From Spirochaetia bacterium (GTDB lineage: Bacteria > Spirochaetota > Spirochaetia > SZUA-6 > Bin103): a stretch of DNA of 64,000 nucleotides. Both the position numbers and the translations under genes were made by a program. The stretch covers positions 800,001 through 864,000 of the forward strand of contig OZ241907.1 in the NCBI GenBank assembly GCA_965203515.1. The letters are read 5' to 3'. How positions within the stretch are numbered: the stretch's first letter is position 1; each line of letters begins with the position of its first letter. The notes under the pieces are model-generated. The model did no database searches and had not been told where the DNA came from. It saw only the letters and a list, made by a program, of their open reading frames with translations. Shown here piece after piece: positions 62,171 through 64,000 of this stretch.

Positions 62171-62626
62171 CTACTGGCGGCGGTAGTTAAGCGTAGTGGT
62201 GACGCTGCCGTCGGCCGAGGAGCGGGTGAGCTTCAGGTCATCGCGATCGCGACCGGTGAACTCGTATCGTAGCTGCTCGGCCGCGATCGTAGGGGAGGTC
62301 GGCTTGAGGGACAGGGAGCCGCGGTCCGTGCCGCTGGCGTCGTACTTGTAGGTGCCGGCGATCTTGACCGTGAGCGTCGTGGCGCCGGATGTCGTCGTGG
62401 ACTGGTACGTATATTTGAAGTCGCTGGTGAACCGGTATTCGTACGCGGCGGAGCCGATCGCTGCCTTCCAGGTCCCCACGAACGGGTTCACCTTCACCGT
62501 CGGCGCCCGCATGATGAAGGTCACGCGGCAGCCGGCAAGGAGCGGGACCGTCAAGGCGGCGGCCAGGAGCGCAAGCAGCGCGACCGCCGCCCGGCAGCGC
62601 GCACCCTCCACGCGGGGTCCGTGCAT
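62171..62626 (-). CDS. hypothetical lipoprotein (small beta-rich domain)
   Basis: Hydrophobic signal with lipobox LAGC; NPFVGTW...GTY.Y pattern; start uncertain. Confidence 0.7.
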   Translation of the reverse strand: MHGPRVEGARCRAAVALLALLAAALTVPLLAGCRVTFIMRAPTVKVNPFVGTWKAAIGSAAYEYRFTSDFKYTYQSTTTSGATTLTVKIAGTYKYDASGTDRGSLSLKPTSPTIAAEQLRYEFTGRDRDDLKLTRSSADGSVTTTLNYRRQ

Positions 62627-62730
62627 CCATGGCGACTCCGCACTCGTGCGCACGCTTTCATGGTACCGTGTCGGCGGAAGCTGGCCAACCCATGCGCGGG
62701 CCGTTGACCGGACCGGGAGGTGATCGACCG

Positions 62731-63561
62731 ATGGCGCTCGAAACGACCGCGGACCTGACTGCGTACCGGGAGCGGGGATACGTGGTGGTCCCCGGCGTGC
62801 TCACCGCCGCCGAGGTGGACGAGGCCCAACAGGAGATCGAGCGCCTGCACGAGCTGGCGGCAGGCGAGGGGACCCTGCCGGCTGAGACGACGTTCCAGTA
62901 CGAGCCGCACGCGGACGTGCGCACCGAGCGCGGCCGTCCCGTGCTGCGCAAGATCGAGCGGACCGACCTGGTCTCCGACCTGTTCGCGCGCACGGCCGCC
63001 AACCCGCGCGTGCTGGCGGTAGTGTCGGCGATTCTGGGACCGGACCTGCTGTTGTTCCGATCGACGCTGATGCTGAAGCCGGCGCGGCACGGATCGCGGC
63101 ACGGTCTGCATCAGGACGTGGCGTACTGGCCGTTGGAGCCGCCGGAGCTGGTGACCGTGAGCATCGCCATCTCGGCCAGCGACGCCGTGAACGGCTGCAT
63201 CCACGTGATCCCCGGCAGTCACCGATGGCCGGTCGGCGAGTGGGGCGCCATCGCCCGCGGCGACGACGCCGCGCAGACCGACCGCGACGACGTCGACCTG
63301 TCGCGGCTCCGCGACGTGCCTCTGGAGGCCGGCAGCGCCGTGCTGTTCCACAGCAACATCGTGCACGGCTCCGGTCCGAACCGCTCCGACCGGCCGCGCC
63401 ACACGGCGCTGTACGCCTACTTCCCGCCGACGGCGCGCTACGCGCCGGGCAGCGGCGGTCCGCCGGCCCGGACCTATCCGGTCGTCGCCGGCCTGAACGG
63501 CCGCGCCAGCGTCACCCTCGGCATCGGCCAGAGCGCCCGGAGCGTCATCCAGCGGCGGTAG
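62731..63561 (+). CDS. phytanoyl-CoA dioxygenase family protein
   Basis: SD GGAGG; YRERGYVVV, LHQDVAYW, NGC..VIPGSH, VHGSGPNRS..R. Confidence 0.9.
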   Translation: MALETTADLTAYRERGYVVVPGVLTAAEVDEAQQEIERLHELAAGEGTLPAETTFQYEPHADVRTERGRPVLRKIERTDLVSDLFARTAANPRVLAVVSAILGPDLLLFRSTLMLKPARHGSRHGLHQDVAYWPLEPPELVTVSIAISASDAVNGCIHVIPGSHRWPVGEWGAIARGDDAAQTDRDDVDLSRLRDVPLEAGSAVLFHSNIVHGSGPNRSDRPRHTALYAYFPPTARYAPGSGGPPARTYPVVAGLNGRASVTLGIGQSARSVIQRR

Positions 63562-63684
63562 ATCGCAGCCGGCCACGAGGGACACGGCTGACTGGAAGCG
63601 TCGCGACGACGGTTGACACAGCGTTCACGGTGTGCTGTGATGTCCGAAGGGAAGGTAAATCGTCTCCGACGCTGAGGGATATTG

Positions 63685-63999
63685 ATGAATAACGGATCAC
63701 TTTTCGAAAGAGGAAAGGCGAGTGCTGATCCGTTGGTGCCGTCGATACGTACCCTGTGCGGTCCCATCAAGACGGACAGTCCACCATCCATTAGCGAACT
63801 GTACCGAAAGGCGCAGTCGCTGGCATTCTTCCTTGAACATGGAGATCGAAAGACGAGGACAGTCGCCGAGGCACTGGCGTATCGAATGATATATGAGGCC
63901 ATGGTGGCCAGTCTGTATAACTCATCGCGCGGAGCAATCCCCAGGTTCGTCGATCAGATTCGCAACTCGGAGAAGATTTTCGAGGAGATATTGCGTTGA
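63685..63999 (+). CDS. hypothetical protein at the start of another lower-GC segment
   Basis: 104-aa ORF with possible SD GAGGG and TTGACA-17-TGTGAT at 63613-63641; no recognisable motif. Confidence 0.4.
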   Translation: MNNGSLFERGKASADPLVPSIRTLCGPIKTDSPPSISELYRKAQSLAFFLEHGDRKTRTVAEALAYRMIYEAMVASLYNSSRGAIPRFVDQIRNSEKIFEEILR

Positions 64000-64000
64000 G

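Overview
A GC-rich bacterial window. The many paralogous AAA_14/DUF4143 ATPases, Uma2 nucleases and PhyH dioxygenases, plus a GH13-GT5 fusion, resemble host-associated (e.g. sponge-symbiont, possibly spirochaete) genomes; this is inference only. The left third is a purine-catabolism cluster (uraH, xdhB, xdhA, xdhC) broken up by accessory DNA. That DNA includes an AlbA-ATPase / dual-OB / DUF488 operon hit by a complete IS66 (22/25-bp IRs, 8-bp TSD), and a lower-GC two-gene module encoding a 2005-aa STAND-like NTPase plus a 368-aa protein with a HEPN-like RxxxxH motif, the best candidate for an undescribed defence system. It also includes a degraded second uraH copy bracketing the island, a methylase/PD-(D/E)xK nuclease pair coupled to xdhB, and a 12-repeat lipoprotein switched off by a G18 tract. 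The middle holds an ABC-ATPase + TOPRIM-like pair, a liv-type ABC transporter split by a GH3 lipoprotein, glycogen genes (GH13-GT5 fusion, glgX, glgP) and an ATP-grasp/transglutaminase/alpha-E operon. The right part has small metabolic enzymes, two more AAA_14 ATPases and a paralogue of the repeat lipoprotein. The two closest DUF4143 paralogues are each preceded by a different degenerate array of four 23-bp units. Four other genes carry 1-2 nt deletions in short repeats, which may be assembly errors. No rRNA, tRNA or CRISPR array was seen. All family calls are by motif recognition, not database search.
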